Assembly: GCA_051362555.1 (NCBI GenBank)
Contig: CM120642.1
Location: 7,998,001-8,062,000, forward strand
From: Lingula anatina
Taxonomy: Eukaryota; Animalia; Brachiopoda
DNA length: 64,000 bases
Direction of reading: 5' to 3'
Position 1 is the first letter of the stretch. Every line of letters starts with the position of its first letter. A program made the translations under genes and the position numbers. Below the pieces are notes generated by a model, which was not told the DNA's origin, did not search any database, and saw only the letters and a program-made list of their open reading frames with translations. Positions 1 to 13,476 of this stretch are shown here, piece after piece.

Positions 1-336
1 CTCATCAAAAACATAAATATGTACCTTTGTATTCTAATTGCCAACAGAGGTTAATTTGAGTATCAAGTGAATCTGTATGTTATGCCACATGAAATTACAT
101 GTGATATCATAAGAAAGTTTACCAGATACAGATCCAGAGATATTTTCTGACAGTCTTCCCAATAATCTTTATTGATCTATTCTCTATTTTTGACCGTCTT
201 CCGAATAAAAAAAAAAAAAAATTGGATATCTCTTAAAAACTTTAAAATCTGACCGTCTTCCAGAAGATCCAGAAGACAGCTTAAATCCTCCCCTGGAAAC
301 CTTATGTGATATAATGCGAAAGAGCAAATCACTTAC

Positions 337-498
337 CACAGTGGAGGCAGAGGAAGACATCATGTGAAATGTCAGTCCTAAAATGGTTGGAAAACTTTGC
401 GAGAGGCTTCCTTCTGTGTGAATCTTATAGAGAACCCAGAATACAGTCAGCAGTACCAATATTGTCAGGCATGCACGGATAACAAACGGTCTTTGTAA
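337..498 (-). CDS. Probable exon of a - strand gene continuing off the left edge (fully coding, or 5'UTR plus the start MMSSSASTV)
   Basis: Strong acceptor (tttcttttcttttcag) at 499-515 and consensus donor GTG|GTAAGT at 336. 162 nt, open only in phase 0, containing a hydrophobic stretch ACLTILVLLTVFWVLY. Confidence 0.4.
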
Positions 499-3400
499 CT
501 GAAAAGAAAAGAAATAGCAACTTAATACCACTGTACAGTATCCATGCTAGAGCACAATACTGAGCCCTAGATTCATGCAAGTCTACATGTTACTCAATGC
601 CACCACTTTCAGCCATACCACTGAAATAGGAGAGTTAAATACACAGACACAATAGTGAGTGTTATCATAACCAGAAACTGTGAGGACATTGCTTCACTCA
701 CTAACAATGTGTAAATTTATACCATATATAACTAGGTCACAAGAAAGTATTATGTTCTGATTAATATATTACTATAATTCAATATAATGCAGTGAAAGAC
801 TGGCCTCAACAGTTCTGAAACATCAAAACAATATATAATAAGGAAATGTGAATATGAATGTATTTACATCTCAATATTCATTGTATAGCATATGAATAAA
901 TAAATAAATAAATTCAAAGCATGACTCTCAATTCCTAGAGTGGTCCAGGATTCCACGGCTACATGTAATTTGACATTAATCTCAAAACTAAAATCTCACT
1001 GGGCACAATTCTTGTTGTTTTAAGATGTTTAGAAACCAATTTTCAATGTGGTATTACACAGGGGTAACTGGTCTAGCAACAAGCTTCCCCGTGTATTAAA
1101 TGCCCCATGTGCTATTTCTGTACAAAATCAATGTACAGATAAATCAAAATCAACAACAAAAGCCTTGGGGCTTCTTAAATTGAAGCCAATGCTGATAAGG
1201 TTACATATGATAACATTAAACTGTTTGGCAGCTAAACCTAGCTGCAATAGATATTCATATACCAGTAGTCAAATAGAATATTTTCACTTAATTTGAAACC
1301 ATCTTACATCTTGGATCCAAATGAACTGCAGTGAATCCGTATAATGAAAACAACTGGCTCCAAAGAATTATCCAGAAAAGATTCTGAAACTGCCTCCTTC
1401 TCTTTTCTTATCAAGTAGAACAATCCAAACTGAAAACTCTGGAACTTGATCTTTCACATCTTTGGCTGAACCCCCTGTACGGGTTCTTTATGAAACAACG
1501 CATTTCTGAGAACCATACTATTAAGAGTATGAGCATCATTTATTTCTAGAAGTCTTCTGATTCATGCAACTGACATGTAAACTATCACACCATGCTGGCT
1601 CTTACACAAATTATTCTTGGAATCCATACTCCCCCCCCCAAATCAGAGGCTGAATACTTTCACACATCAGTTATTTATGGTTCCTGCTGATAAAAACTGA
1701 TAGAGATCCTATTATAATACCTTTATCATATCCATATAATACCATCATTTCTCCCCAGTATTTATATGCTATGAGTAAATTGAAGTTATAAAATATTAAC
1801 AACCATAATTCTATTTTCATACAATTTCGTTTTTTATCAACATCAATGCTTCCAGTAATGATAACTTTTCACATTTCTCATCCATTTTTATCCATGCATG
1901 CCAGAATGTAAAAAAAATTCCCAATATTCCTAGAATTCCATTGCTTTTTGCCTGGAAAGAATTGATTGCCTGGAAAGACTTGATATTCCTGACATTTGTG
2001 GGATTTCCCTGTACTGGTTCACCAAAAATGCTCTGTATCTATGGTATCCTTTTTTCAGAACAACTTCAAACAACATCAAGATGTCGACTGCATCCATTTA
2101 CCAACCCCGAAAACCTTGATTTGGTTAAGACAGTCTGGGCCAGCTCATCAAGAATCTGAGTCTTCTGATAAGTTCCATTCCAGAAAGAATCCAAGGAACC
2201 TTAGCTCGTTTCCCTTCCTTGGGCCGTAATAAATCCCTTTTCACCAATTTCTTCTTCCTGTTGCATTAATGGCCTTCTTCAAAATTCAACTAGTTTTCTG
2301 CTCCTCACTAATAAAATTGCCAGTATTGCTGAAAATTCAGAAGCTCGCTACTAGTGTTTGACTTTAGCAGGCTTACAAAAAATAAACTTATGTGCTACAG
2401 TGTATTACCAGCAATACACTGTATATCCTGTTGCTACTGAAGGTTTCATTATCCTTTGATTCATCGAAAATTGCTACCTTAACAAAACACAGGATATTCC
2501 CTAGAAATCTGCCTAGACATCAATCTCTGAGCATCATAATATACTGCACTTAAAACAGCCTTCCTATCTGCTGCAGTGAACAAAGTGAAACCTTAAATTG
2601 TCCAACAGGTAGGAAAACAAATAGCTTCCAGAGGGGTTTTTTTTTCATAGGAGGACAGGCTTATCTAATGTGAGGACAGCACATCAGTTATACAGGAAAG
2701 GCAATTTCACCATTATATTACATTGTCTATTTCAAATATCCGACCACTGTTTCCTAGTAATTTATAAAAATTGTACCATAACATCAGTCAGGTCACACAT
2801 ACAGTCAGATAAGTGTGGGCAAATTAAATTTTAAATCCACATGCGTTGTTTCATTTTGTCATACTAAATGCACAGGTGAAAATTACATGGAAGAAAATCA
2901 ACTTCAAAGAACTTATGTATAAAATTTCCTCACCTGCCAAAACTCAGTACAGGTCTTCCTTTCACTGCAAACTAGATTAGGCTTACTACGCTAGGGCATA
3001 CGACTCCAAGATTACTGGTACACAACTCCCTCTTTCTCTCACAATCATCAACTAAGAAACTCCATCACGTACCAAGCATCCTCTGCTGAATACATATAAC
3101 TTCTATACCTAGTCATGTAATTGATGACTTTACCCGACTAACAAGTTTTAGATCACGGGCTGAAAAATATTCCTTAACATAACGTATACTTCATCCTGCA
3201 AGTTTATTTTCATTACATCAGGTCAGTGTTTGATCTAATACAGAGAAATGGTGTCTCTGAGGAATTACTAGTATGGATGCCTAAATTACAAGACTGGATC
3301 GCCTTCAATACATGAAGATATTGCTTTTTTGTTTGTCATCTTCAGGTACTAGTACCTGATGCGATTAACACCTTCTTCTGTGATGCTTTTACAGTCCACT

Positions 3401-3503
3401 TGTAAAAACCTGGCTTAGTCACATAATGCTTTTGCTGACAGTTTGATTATGATTTCCCACCTGTACTACAATAGTAGTTCATATATAAGTGGCTAAACTA
3501 CTG

Positions 3504-3504
<1 letters not shown>

Positions 3505-3563
<59 letters not shown>
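3505..3563. repeat. (TA)n microsatellite
   Basis: About 29 TA units. Confidence 0.98.
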
Positions 3564-3567
<4 letters not shown>

Positions 3568-4205
3568 AATCTCGAAATCTTTACATAAATAAGAAAGGGG
3601 GTGTCTAAGCTACCAATGATAAGAAATTATTTCCACTAAGATTGTTGAGATAGCATGGCACCCAGCACAGCCATTACAGTCCATGAGTGAACTGCACATA
3701 TGCCTCTACATTTCAGGAAATGTATCAAAGTGTTGATACTTCATTTGACAGAAGAGACGTTATTTTATTAGTGGTGGAATATCAGTTCATGATTAAGACT
3801 GCAGTTTCAAAACTGCTTTGATAGTTCACATTATAAAATAAATAAATAAATAAATAAATGAGTAAATAAAAGTAATGTCATTGTACCTAAACACCCACCC
3901 CCTACCTTTTGGGAAGGTATTAAAATATCCATGGAGCACAATGCAAAGAGTGGAATTACAGCAAATCTAAGTGCACTTCAAATAGCTTAATTTTACTTAA
4001 TATAAATTCTCCAATGACAAATTTCAAACCATTAAATAATATTTGCTTAAAAGCCTCTTGACATGCAGCAACTATGGTTCTAGGCCTGGCTTTTAACTCC
4101 ATCACTAAGACCCCATTCCCAGAGATTAGATCGATCCAACTAGATCGACCTAACTCCCTGGGGGTTCATGCTAAATAGCTGTCAGCCGGGCGGGCACAAA
4201 ATTTA

Positions 4206-6826
4206 ACTAGAGGATCAGAGAGGCGATACCGCCTCCGAATATTGTACCACCAGCTGGAGCAAGCGCATTCATATAGACCCCCACATATACAAAATAAGGA
4301 ACACAGCCACCAGTCTTGTGCTTGACAAGCTGTAAAAATGCAATCAACAAGAATTTTCAAAATATGCAAAAAATATATATGTTACTAAAAATGGTACAAT
4401 CAAAGTTAAGTTCATCGCAAGGTAGGTCAAAGGTCAATTCCAAGGTCACAGTAAATTGCCAGTATATGACTTCCTATTCAACTTCAATAGTAACTATGGG
4501 CCTATCTCTGCCAGGTTTGGAGTTAAAAGAGAAAGAAATTAGCAGAGTTCAGTTCATGATAATAAGTAGGTCAAAGGTCAATTTCAAGGTCACACTTAGA
4601 TTGCCAGTATATGACTTCCTATTCACGTTCAATAGTAACTATGGACCTATCTCTGCCAGTTTTGGAGATAAAGGGGAAGCAAACTATGCAAAGTTCAGTT
4701 CATGGTGAAAAGTAGGTCAAAGGTCAATTTTAAGGTCACTTTAAGATTGCCAGTATATGACTTCCTATTCAACTTCAATAGAGACTATGGACCTATCTCT
4801 GCCAGTTTTGGAGATAAAAGGGAATCAAAATTTGCAAAGTTCAGTTCATGGTGAAAAGTAGGTCAAAGGTCAATTTTAAGGTCACATGTAGATTGCCAGT
4901 ATATGACTTCCTGTTCAAGTTCAATAGAGACTATGGACCTATCTCTGCCAGTTTTGGAGATAAAAGGGAAGCAAAATTTGCAAAGTTCAGTTCATGGTGA
5001 AAAGTAGGTCAAAGGTCAATTTTAAGGTCACATTTAGATTGCCAGTATATGTCTTCCTATTCAACTTCAATAGTAACTATGGACCTATCTCTGCCAGTTT
5101 TGGAGATAAAAGGGAAGCAAAATTTGCAAAGTTCAGTTCTTGGTGAAAAGAAGGTCAAAGGTCAATTTTAAGGTCACATTTGGATTGCCAGTATATGACT
5201 TCCTATTCAACTTCAATAGTAACTATGGACCTATCTCTGCCAGTTTTGGAGATAAAAGGGAATCAAAATTTGCAAAATTCAGTTCATGGTGTAAAGTAGG
5301 TCAAAGGTCAATTTTAAGGTCACATTTAGATTGCCAGTATATGACTCCCTATTCAACTTCAATAGTAACTATGGACCTATCTCTGCCAGTTTTGGAGATA
5401 AAAGGGAAGCAAAATTTGCAAAGTTCAGTTCATGGTGAAAAGTAGGTCAAAGGTCAATTTTAAGGTCACATTTAGATTGCCAGTATATGACTTCCTATTC
5501 AACTTCAATAGTAACTATGGACCTATCTCTGCCAGTTTTGGAGATAAAAGGGAAGCAAAATTTGCAAAGTTCAGTTCATGGTGAAAAGTAGGTCAAAGGT
5601 CAATTTTAAGGTCACATTTAGATTGCCAGTATATGACTTCCTATTCAACTTCAATAGTAACTATGGACCTATCTCTGCAAGTTTTGGAGATAAATGGGAA
5701 GCAAAATTTGCAAAGTTCAGTTCATGGTGAAAAGTAGGTCAAAGGTCAATTTTAAGGTCACATTTAGATTGCCAGTATATGACTTCCTATTCAAGTTCAA
5801 TAGTAACTATGGACCTATCTCTGCCAGTTTTGGAGATATAAGGGACTAAATGTTATAATTTTGGAGTTACCATAATGTGCCATAAATTTCCTACAAAAAA
5901 AATTAATTAAAATAAAGAAAAGGTCATTTTGGTCAAAATTCTTGAAATGGGAGGTGCTCTGAAGTTCCAGATGTTCAAATTTGTTGAAATAATGTCATTT
6001 TTGACCACAAGTTGTCTGCTTTGCCAAACCTTATGTTTTATTTTTCCGGAGTTCAAAATTTATTATCCATTACCGTACTGCACATTTTGCTTTCACCACC
6101 AATATGTACTTTTTGATACAGCGTAACTCGAAAACCGTATGGAATACAAAAAAACGGAGACCACCTCCAGTGTTGGGCTTTACATGCTCTACAAAATGCA
6201 AAAAAGAATGGGTGTCTAGCATTAACGGTTCCCGAATTAGAGACAGTTTTCAGTTTCGATATCTTATGGCCGCTACTCCCGTGAAAATGCACCGATTGAC
6301 CCCAAATTCACGGAGATGAAAGATGACCTGAAGGGTAACACTTTCCATTAATATTATTAGTTAAGTCTGTGTGGTGTCTGAACAAGACCGCAAATAATTT
6401 TTTTTTCGGCAAAAATTTTGTTTTTTTGAAAATTTTGGCCCGTTTGACCTTAAAATAAAGGTCAAAGGTCAAATCCAAGGGCATATTTGGAATCTACACA
6501 TATGACTTTTGGAAAGCTGTCTGTAGAAATTTTTCCCATAATTCCTTCTGTAGGGGAGATAATTAGCATTTAATTTTGCCATTTTTGGACAAGGGTGCAT
6601 TGCAATGAGTGCCACACCTAGACCCCAATACCGACAAAGCCCAAATTTTACGTGGAACGAGTTGAGATTATAGGTGACCTAAATCCAAGAGATGGGTATG
6701 GAGGCCCTTACCGTCTAGGAGGAGAAGCGGTAACGGTGACTTGGCGGCGGAGCCGCAGGAGCCGGCGGAACATACGGGTCGGGACTAAAACCATGTGTAC
6801 CGCCAGCGCCTACGCTGGTGGTACAA
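4206..6826 (-). mobile_element. Non-autonomous Helentron-type element (HINE/DINE-1-like) with an internal satellite array
   Basis: Subterminal inverted repeats TTGTACCACCAGC (4242-4254) and GCTGGTGGTACAA (6814-6826). A second IR forms a hairpin at 6796-6825 and a short palindrome GAGGCG-ATAC-CGCCTC lies at ~4220-4235. The - strand ends ...CTAGT. Inserted in a TT/AA dinucleotide with no TSD, as shown by the empty copy at 56161-56375. Confidence 0.85.
4400..5845. repeat. Tandem array of ten 146-bp monomers
   Basis: AGTAGGTCA-type anchor at ~4421, 4565, 4711, 4857, 5003, 5149, 5295, 5441, 5587 and 5733 (period 146). Central copies are near-identical; the first copies are more diverged. Confidence 0.97.
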
Positions 6827-8011
6827 ATTACCCCCTTACAGCTTGTAGTAGGCGGGACGAACATTTAAGCGAGATTATCTGACAGTAATCTAGTGAGACT
6901 CCCTACGGGGATAGATCGATCTAAAATCTATGGGAATGCACCCTAATACTATCTATGCTCCTCTAACATAAGCTGCTCACTAGTCCCTGTAGAAAACCAC
7001 CTGGAGTCATTAAGCCTTTCATACACTTTAGGCACCACGACACCTTCCATAATGATCTGATGAATACATTTACAGAAAAGCTTTAGGCTCAAGTTAATCT
7101 GTCATGGTGTCCCACTGGGTTTTATCAGGTGACAAGGGACGTGTGCATGTTTTACTGTTAATCTTATAAAGGCTGAATAAGTTAAATCATTGTGCCTGTC
7201 AATAAGTAGTAGTCATTAAGTAGGACGATGAGAAATTAGAATACACCCTTGAGGTTTGACTCTCTCTCTCATACTAGACATAATCAGTCTGAATGTGGAG
7301 AAAATGCAAAATAACCAATGTGCAGTAGCTATCATTAATGAAAGGGCTCCATGTGATGCATAACAACCATATCCTAGCAACTGAAAAATAAAACAAGATT
7401 TTAAAGAGAGCAAATGCCATAGCAGTAGTGGTTGTGGTTTCATGATTTCGTATAAAACCAATCCAAAAATTATTTTAAAACACTTCTAAGAAAATGATAA
7501 AATTATAAAACAGCCTTTCTTAGAACTTATTTATTTAAGAAATAGTTTATATTTCTTATACTGTTTATCCATAAATTATAAATAAAAGAGTAATAGGGAA
7601 CTGGATATTTTGAAATTAATTCAACATAGGAATATCCATTAAAGGACATGTCACTTCTTGAAATGTTCCCAACCTATCAGTAAAATAACTTACTATACAG
7701 TAAACTTTCTTGTTAACTTTCAATATCTGTCATTTACTAGTCTAGCATGCCAGCAAATTGAAATCACTGCAATATGAACTTTCCATGACCCATGTAGGTC
7801 TAATGACCTACTTGTACTCTGTAAATGTTCTATACTAGTTATCTTTTACTTCTGAAACATCAAAGTACAAAATTTGCCTCAGCATTTATTATTGTATGTA
7901 AAATATCAAAAGACAAAACAAGTTAGATTTTGTATACATTTTCACATTCATATAACATTCTATAAATTTCAAAATTTACAAAAGCTTGAAACAATCAAAA
8001 GGGTTATTTTT

Positions 8012-8185
8012 CCGGTGTAACGAGATTAGAGGGTCCATGCAACAGAAAGTCCGCCCTCCATTTAGTTATAATGGTTAGGGTCAGCCTGACTTAAGTGGGT
8101 CAAGATCTAGGCGGAGGCTTACCTTCATAAACGAATGGGAAGCAGACTCTATCATGGGGGGGGACCCTCTGTCACGTTACACCCG
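8012..8185. mobile_element. ~175-bp MITE-like element
   Basis: Imperfect TIRs CCGGTGTAACG...AGAGGGTCC / GGACCCTCT...CGTTACACCCG. Confidence 0.55.
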
Positions 8186-8799
8186 TACCCATTCCATATT
8201 TGAATGAGTAATAATATCTTGTAATCATAACCAACATACTTACCTGTCTCAAGCTATAGCTAATCCACATTTTTGACAATATATTTATCTACGGCATCAA
8301 AGAGAAATAAATCCATCTCTAAGTCCTACTTCATCATGATACGCTACTTTGATCTAACCCCCAACCGGCTTGCCTCAATCTACTAGACTAGTCTAAATGG
8401 ATTATCTAACCCTCACTGTACATAACCCGTTTACTAATCAGGAACAAACTTCGAACAGTGATCATATGTCTTACTCTTAATATGTTACCTATTATTGTTA
8501 TCTTTGTTTACTGATACTGGAAGGCAATGTTTATCATATCTTCATTCATCGGTCAGCCGTAAGGCTGCCAAGCTGCGTTTGGTAGCTCTATCACTGAGTG
8601 ACAGTGACAGTGCAACTGGTTGCCAATGACACAAAATACTTTTACTAAATCAGAGTTAAAACACAATCTATGTCATCACTCACCAAAGTAATGAGTTAAA
8701 TTATATAACTAGTAACCAGGCGGCATATGTTCATTTTACATAACGACATACAGGTGTACAAAAACAAAAAAATTATTGATGTATGAAGTTACGTTGTAA

Positions 8800-9114
8800 C
8801 ACTTACCATGTTCAGCCATGATCAAATTGCCTTGTGACTCCACGTAATAAAAATTAGTCACTGAGGGTTTTCCGTTTCGATATCTAAATACAAATTCCAG
8901 GCAGCCATTGAGCTATCTCGTTTTAAGTGTGTTGATCTGATTACGAAACAAATGTCTCTCAGGTGAGAAAATATGGCAATGAGTCAGGTGTATTTTGCGT
9001 AAGAACACAGTGACAGATAAGAGGTCATCTGTGAATAGTGCCTACAGGTGGCAGCAAAAACTTCCGGCAAGCCAATTCAGGAGAATACTTGAATGTTACA
9101 AGTAAATTGCGATT
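8800..9114. promoter_or_regulatory. Probable bidirectional promoter (TAF7 on +, unknown gene on -)
   Basis: CpG-richer interval with an ETS-like ACTTCCGG (9060-9067) and CCAAT (9072). On the - strand, ATGGCTGAACATG|GTAAGT lies at 8801-8819. Confidence 0.45.
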
Positions 9115-12100
9115 ATGAGTGGCAAAACGAGTACAAAAAAGAAGGAAGATGCTCCGTTTGATTTAGAACAGCACTTCATTTTAAGAATGCCGCCAGTGAG
9201 TAGTTTATTGTGCATTATATACGTGCAAAATATTGCTAAATGTTGCTTTGTTGCAAGTTGCATCGCCGGCGTCTTTTCACTCTCAGAGTGACTCTGTCTC
9301 TGATAATGTGTGATGTTTGCAAGTTAGGACATTATTTAATACCCAATATATATTTTATAATGTTTTATTTTAGTGAATAGGTCAGCCTTCATTATATATA
9401 TACACCAATAGCAAGATTATAAACTTGCAAATATTTTGGCGAATAAACACTTCTCTCAAATAATTACAAGTATCTTCATTGATGCTCAAATTGGAGTCAT
9501 TGCCACTGCAACTGCAAGCTAGGTTTCATGCACTTAGTCTTACTTTAGTCTGAAGTAAAGTTCAGAGTGAAACCCACCACAGAGACAACACTTACAAGGG
9601 TGTAGAACTCCCAAGGAGTAGGTACATCGAGTTAGTTGATTATTCTAGCATTTTGTCTCTTTTTACACACAGCACACTTGAAATAATATCTGACCAGGTC
9701 TGTAAAGTTCTACAAATCTTGGATTTCTTCTTCTGAAATGTGCCCTGAAAAAGAACACAGGAGCTGAGCTTACTTATTTACCGATTTGATGCACTTAAAA
9801 TTCAGGGCACAAGTAAATACAGCACCTGTGCTTTATGTCATGGGCACATTTGGTATGAAGAAAACTGAGATTCATGTACATGGAGTTATACTCTATTCAC
9901 ATAGTACTATATTAAGTGTGTACTATGTGTAAAAAAGACAAAATGTAAAGATTATCAATGCACTCAACATATTTCCATCTTGGGAGTCCAACCCCATTGA
10001 CTTATGTTTTTCAAGTGCAGTGCAAATTCAGGGGATCAACTTAACCATTGCGGTTTCTACCTACATTTTATTTTTATATTATGGATACGTAATCATAGTA
10101 TCAATTTCAACAGCACAATTCCTGTCTTAAACTCTATGTTGTGTTTAACCTTGACTCTTAGGGCCCAGCTATGGCACTTAGAAGAGACATTCAGTCAGGC
10201 TCCATGGCTCTGAAGGACAAGCTGTTCATAGACTTCCACCCAGACTCCAGACTTGGGCAGGTCAGATATGGTGGAGATGTCTTTAATGCAAAGGTACTGA
10301 ATGTAGAATGAAGTTTCATTTGGTAAACTGACTTTATCTCTTTCTCAGTTATGTCAGATGCTTTCTTTGGTAGGTTGTAGTGGTTTTCATGCCCTTAAGG
10401 CTTATATTAGTTTTTTCTTGTCATTGTGAACATCACAATTGATACTAGATCTGCAGATTTTAGAACAAAAAAAAGCTAGGATTTCAACATACTTGTCCAA
10501 GTTTAAAAAGTTAAACTACAAAAAAGAAAATGTATTTGTAATATTACGCTCTTTGAATTTAAAAAAATCAATTTAGATTTGCATTAAAAGATACAAAATG
10601 CTGCCGTACAAAAATGTTTGAAAAAATATTTGTTTGATTATTGATGTTTAGATCTAATACTTTTCAGTTGGTGGATCTCCCAACCATCACAGAAACACTG
10701 AAGACCACAGACAGAAAGACATTCTATAAGTGTGCAGACATCTGTCAGGTTAGAATGAAGATAAAGTTACATATGATTGTGACCTTTTTTTTAAAGCGAA
10801 GACTGCTAAACTAAAATTATAGCTGTGTGATACTCATCCAGTGTTTCACAACCAATTTGGCCAGAGAAAGTAAGATTATCCCACCAGCATATATGAAACA
10901 CAAGTCGCTGATGAGTCCGAATACTTAACATACTGTAAGTGCATGACTAATTGTTTGTGAATTTCAAGGAAAATGATAATTATCTTTTAGTTTTACTATT
11001 TATTTTTTTGTGTGTACAGTTAATGATTGCCACAACTGAAGATGAGCCTGAGCCTGAGATGCCAGAGCTTTCTAAGAAGAAAGAAGAAAAGAAATACATG
11101 TGGAATCATGGCTGTATGTCTTTCAGTTAAAAAATCTTTCAAGTTTTTTTCTTGTGCCTCATACACATCAAATCAGCCATGGCATTAAATGCTTATCAGA
11201 ATATCTGTAAAACATAAACTGCATTATCACTTATTGTTTTTAAAAGGGATAAGGACTCGTAAATGGATACTGTAGAATGCCAACATTGTGGAATGTTTTC
11301 ATCTTTCCAGTGACTCCCTCTCTGAAGAATGCTAGGAAGAAAAGATTCAGGAAGATCCTTAAAAGAAAAGTAGGAAAATACTTAGTGCAGTTAAAATGAT
11401 CGCTGTCAAATAGAATATAATCTCCTGCTTTTTTTACCACAGAATATTAGTTTTTAGTCAGAATGCATGCCTGCTGTGAAGTACTATATATTTCAGATAC
11501 TTAAAATTAGCATAGCATATTTTTTTCACCATTCTTACCAAAAACATACACTATATACACTGAAGAATAACATTAAGTATTATTTTCACTTTGACCTAAC
11601 ATGTTTATTTGCTCTGTAAGAATGTAGAAGAATGGCCAGACATTGAGAAAGAGGTGAAGCGTTTGTTCCGCACAGACAATGAGGCTGTTGACGTGAAGTG
11701 GGAGGTGGTGACAGAAGAGGAAGAAGAAGACAAGCAAGTGGTGACGGAGTCAGGACAGACTCAAGGAGCTGGAGGCAGTGTGGGGGCTGGCTTGTCCCAG
11801 GAGAGAAAACTACAGCTAGGTAGTACATAAGTTGTTGTTATTTCACCAGTGTATGTGCTAAAGGTACCTTAGATTTGGCCTAGAACTTCAAGTGCCTAAT
11901 TGTTAAAATCAATTATTTGCTGCTGTTCTTAAATGGGTAATGTTGTTCCATTAGTGTGCTTAAACCAGCTGGCTGTACATACCCAAATATGTCATAGTAA
12001 GAGAAGTTAAAGATGTTAAATTTAAAATAATTTGATAGTAGAATATCATATTCATGTAAGATATAAACAGCTTGTATAGAATTTTTTACAGATCTATAAC

Positions 12101-13476
12101 AATACTATTCATTACATCATATATATTTCAGCCACGCATGACATCTTTGGTGAAGTCAGCAGCTCAGATGAAGAAGAAGATGAGAAAGAGGTCAACATAA
12201 TGGACGTAGATGAGGACTCCAATTCCCAGTTCATGCCTAACTTGTCAGGCCGTTCCTCCAGTATGATGCACAGTATGGATGAGGACTCCATGCAGGGCGG
12301 CCTGTCACAGCTTACTTCTACACTGCAGGAAGACACCAGTGAGTTGTAGAAATGTGGACATCTTTTAAAAAATAGTTGGAGATGTGGACCTTACAAATAT
12401 GCTACGATTTTTAGAATTTGGTCATTGGATTTTTTCTTCAATATTTATTCCCAAATTTTTAATGATGTTCTTGAAAAGGTGTTTACATACTAAAATGATA
12501 CAAAATACCACTTTCCCACACACTCATTCATACAAGCTCATGCAGTGTTTAAAGTAATTTTCCATATTTTAGTGGACCTTGAGAACAAGTTGTCAGATTT
12601 GGGAATGGAGCTGTCAGAACTTAGACAGCAGAGGGAATCTTATGAGGAACAGCTAGAAGAAATAGACAATGCTGATGTTAGGGTAAACATGTAGAAAACT
12701 TGTTATTGTTTGAAATGTTGAACTATTATATAAGATTCTAAATATTTTTGTAAACTGATATGATTTGAATAATTTGGTGCATTTGCATGTTTGCAGCTTA
12801 GGTTCTGAATTAAAAAAATATTTTGGAAAGTGGAAATATACTAGGCCTAACTTTAAGTGAATTGTAGTGTAGGTGAAGGCATTTGGTATATACTTTAGGA
12901 GCATTTTGCCATACAATTTTATCAACAAGATGTTGATATTATGACTTGATAACCATTTAATCCATCACTGTTCCTGTCTTAGGAGAGAATTCAGAGTGCA
13001 TTGGAAGATTTACAGCAACAGGAGAATAGAAAGCAAGAAGAGGTGAGAAAAGTTTGAATTGATATCCCAAAGCAAACACAATGTTGGATAAGACTATAGA
13101 TAAAGATATTAAAAATTAGAAATGTAGCAAGAATTTTAAGTAAGCCTGGTGCAATGAAAAAGGTCAAGTTTCCCAATTGTGTTTCAAAATAAGAATATAT
13201 TTTGGACATTTCCTTCCAGAAATACATTTAAAAACATAAAAATCCTTTTGTAATAAAGTTGCCATCTCCCAAGTATATTCCGAAAACTTTTAGAATTAAA
13301 TAGTTACCATGTTTCATAATGGTTGTCTCCAAATATGGGCATAAAGGATGTTGTGTACATTTCATTTAAACCTAACTTACCCAAAGCTTTTATTCCTATA
13401 TTGATAGTTGTTAATAAGTATTTGTTTATTTTCTTTTCAGTATAATATCCTTGCTTCCATGTTGGGTAAAACATGA
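9115..13476 (+). CDS. TAF7: TFIID subunit 7 (TAF7/TAFII55), 10 coding exons, 352 aa
   Basis: GT-AG exons 9115-9195, 10162-10293, 10668-10748, 11020-11113, 11311-11369, 11621-11819, 12132-12338, 12573-12682, 12983-13042 and 13441-13476 splice in frame (1059 nt). The translation contains MSGKTSTKKKEDAPFDLEQHFILRMPP, LVDLPTITETLKTTDRKTFYKCADICQ, KYMWNHGLTPSLKNARKKRFRK and PDIEKEVKRLFRTDNEAV, matching the TAFII55_N domain as recalled from human TAF7. An acidic stretch and a C-terminal coiled coil follow. Confidence 0.95.

Larger units (their letters stand above)
4109..6943. mobile_element. ~215-bp MITE (Tourist/PIF-Harbinger-like) split by the HINE (halves 4109-4205 and 6827-6943)
   Basis: Imperfect TIRs (cattcccagaga..ttagatcgatc / gatcgatctaa..tctatgggaatg) with TAA on both flanks (4106-4108, 6944-6946). 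The joined halves align with 56161-56375. Confidence 0.85.

Noticed and set aside
1300-2600. Moderately GC-rich stretch that looked like a large exon
   Set aside because: The frames I translated hit stops and no splice-bounded ORF was found; treated as intron or UTR.
4316-5445. ORFs of 130 and 101 aa in the tandem array, and a possible CRISPR-like array
   Set aside because: By-products of a 146-bp repeat (not a multiple of 3). Monomers are contiguous with no unique spacers, and the locus is eukaryotic.
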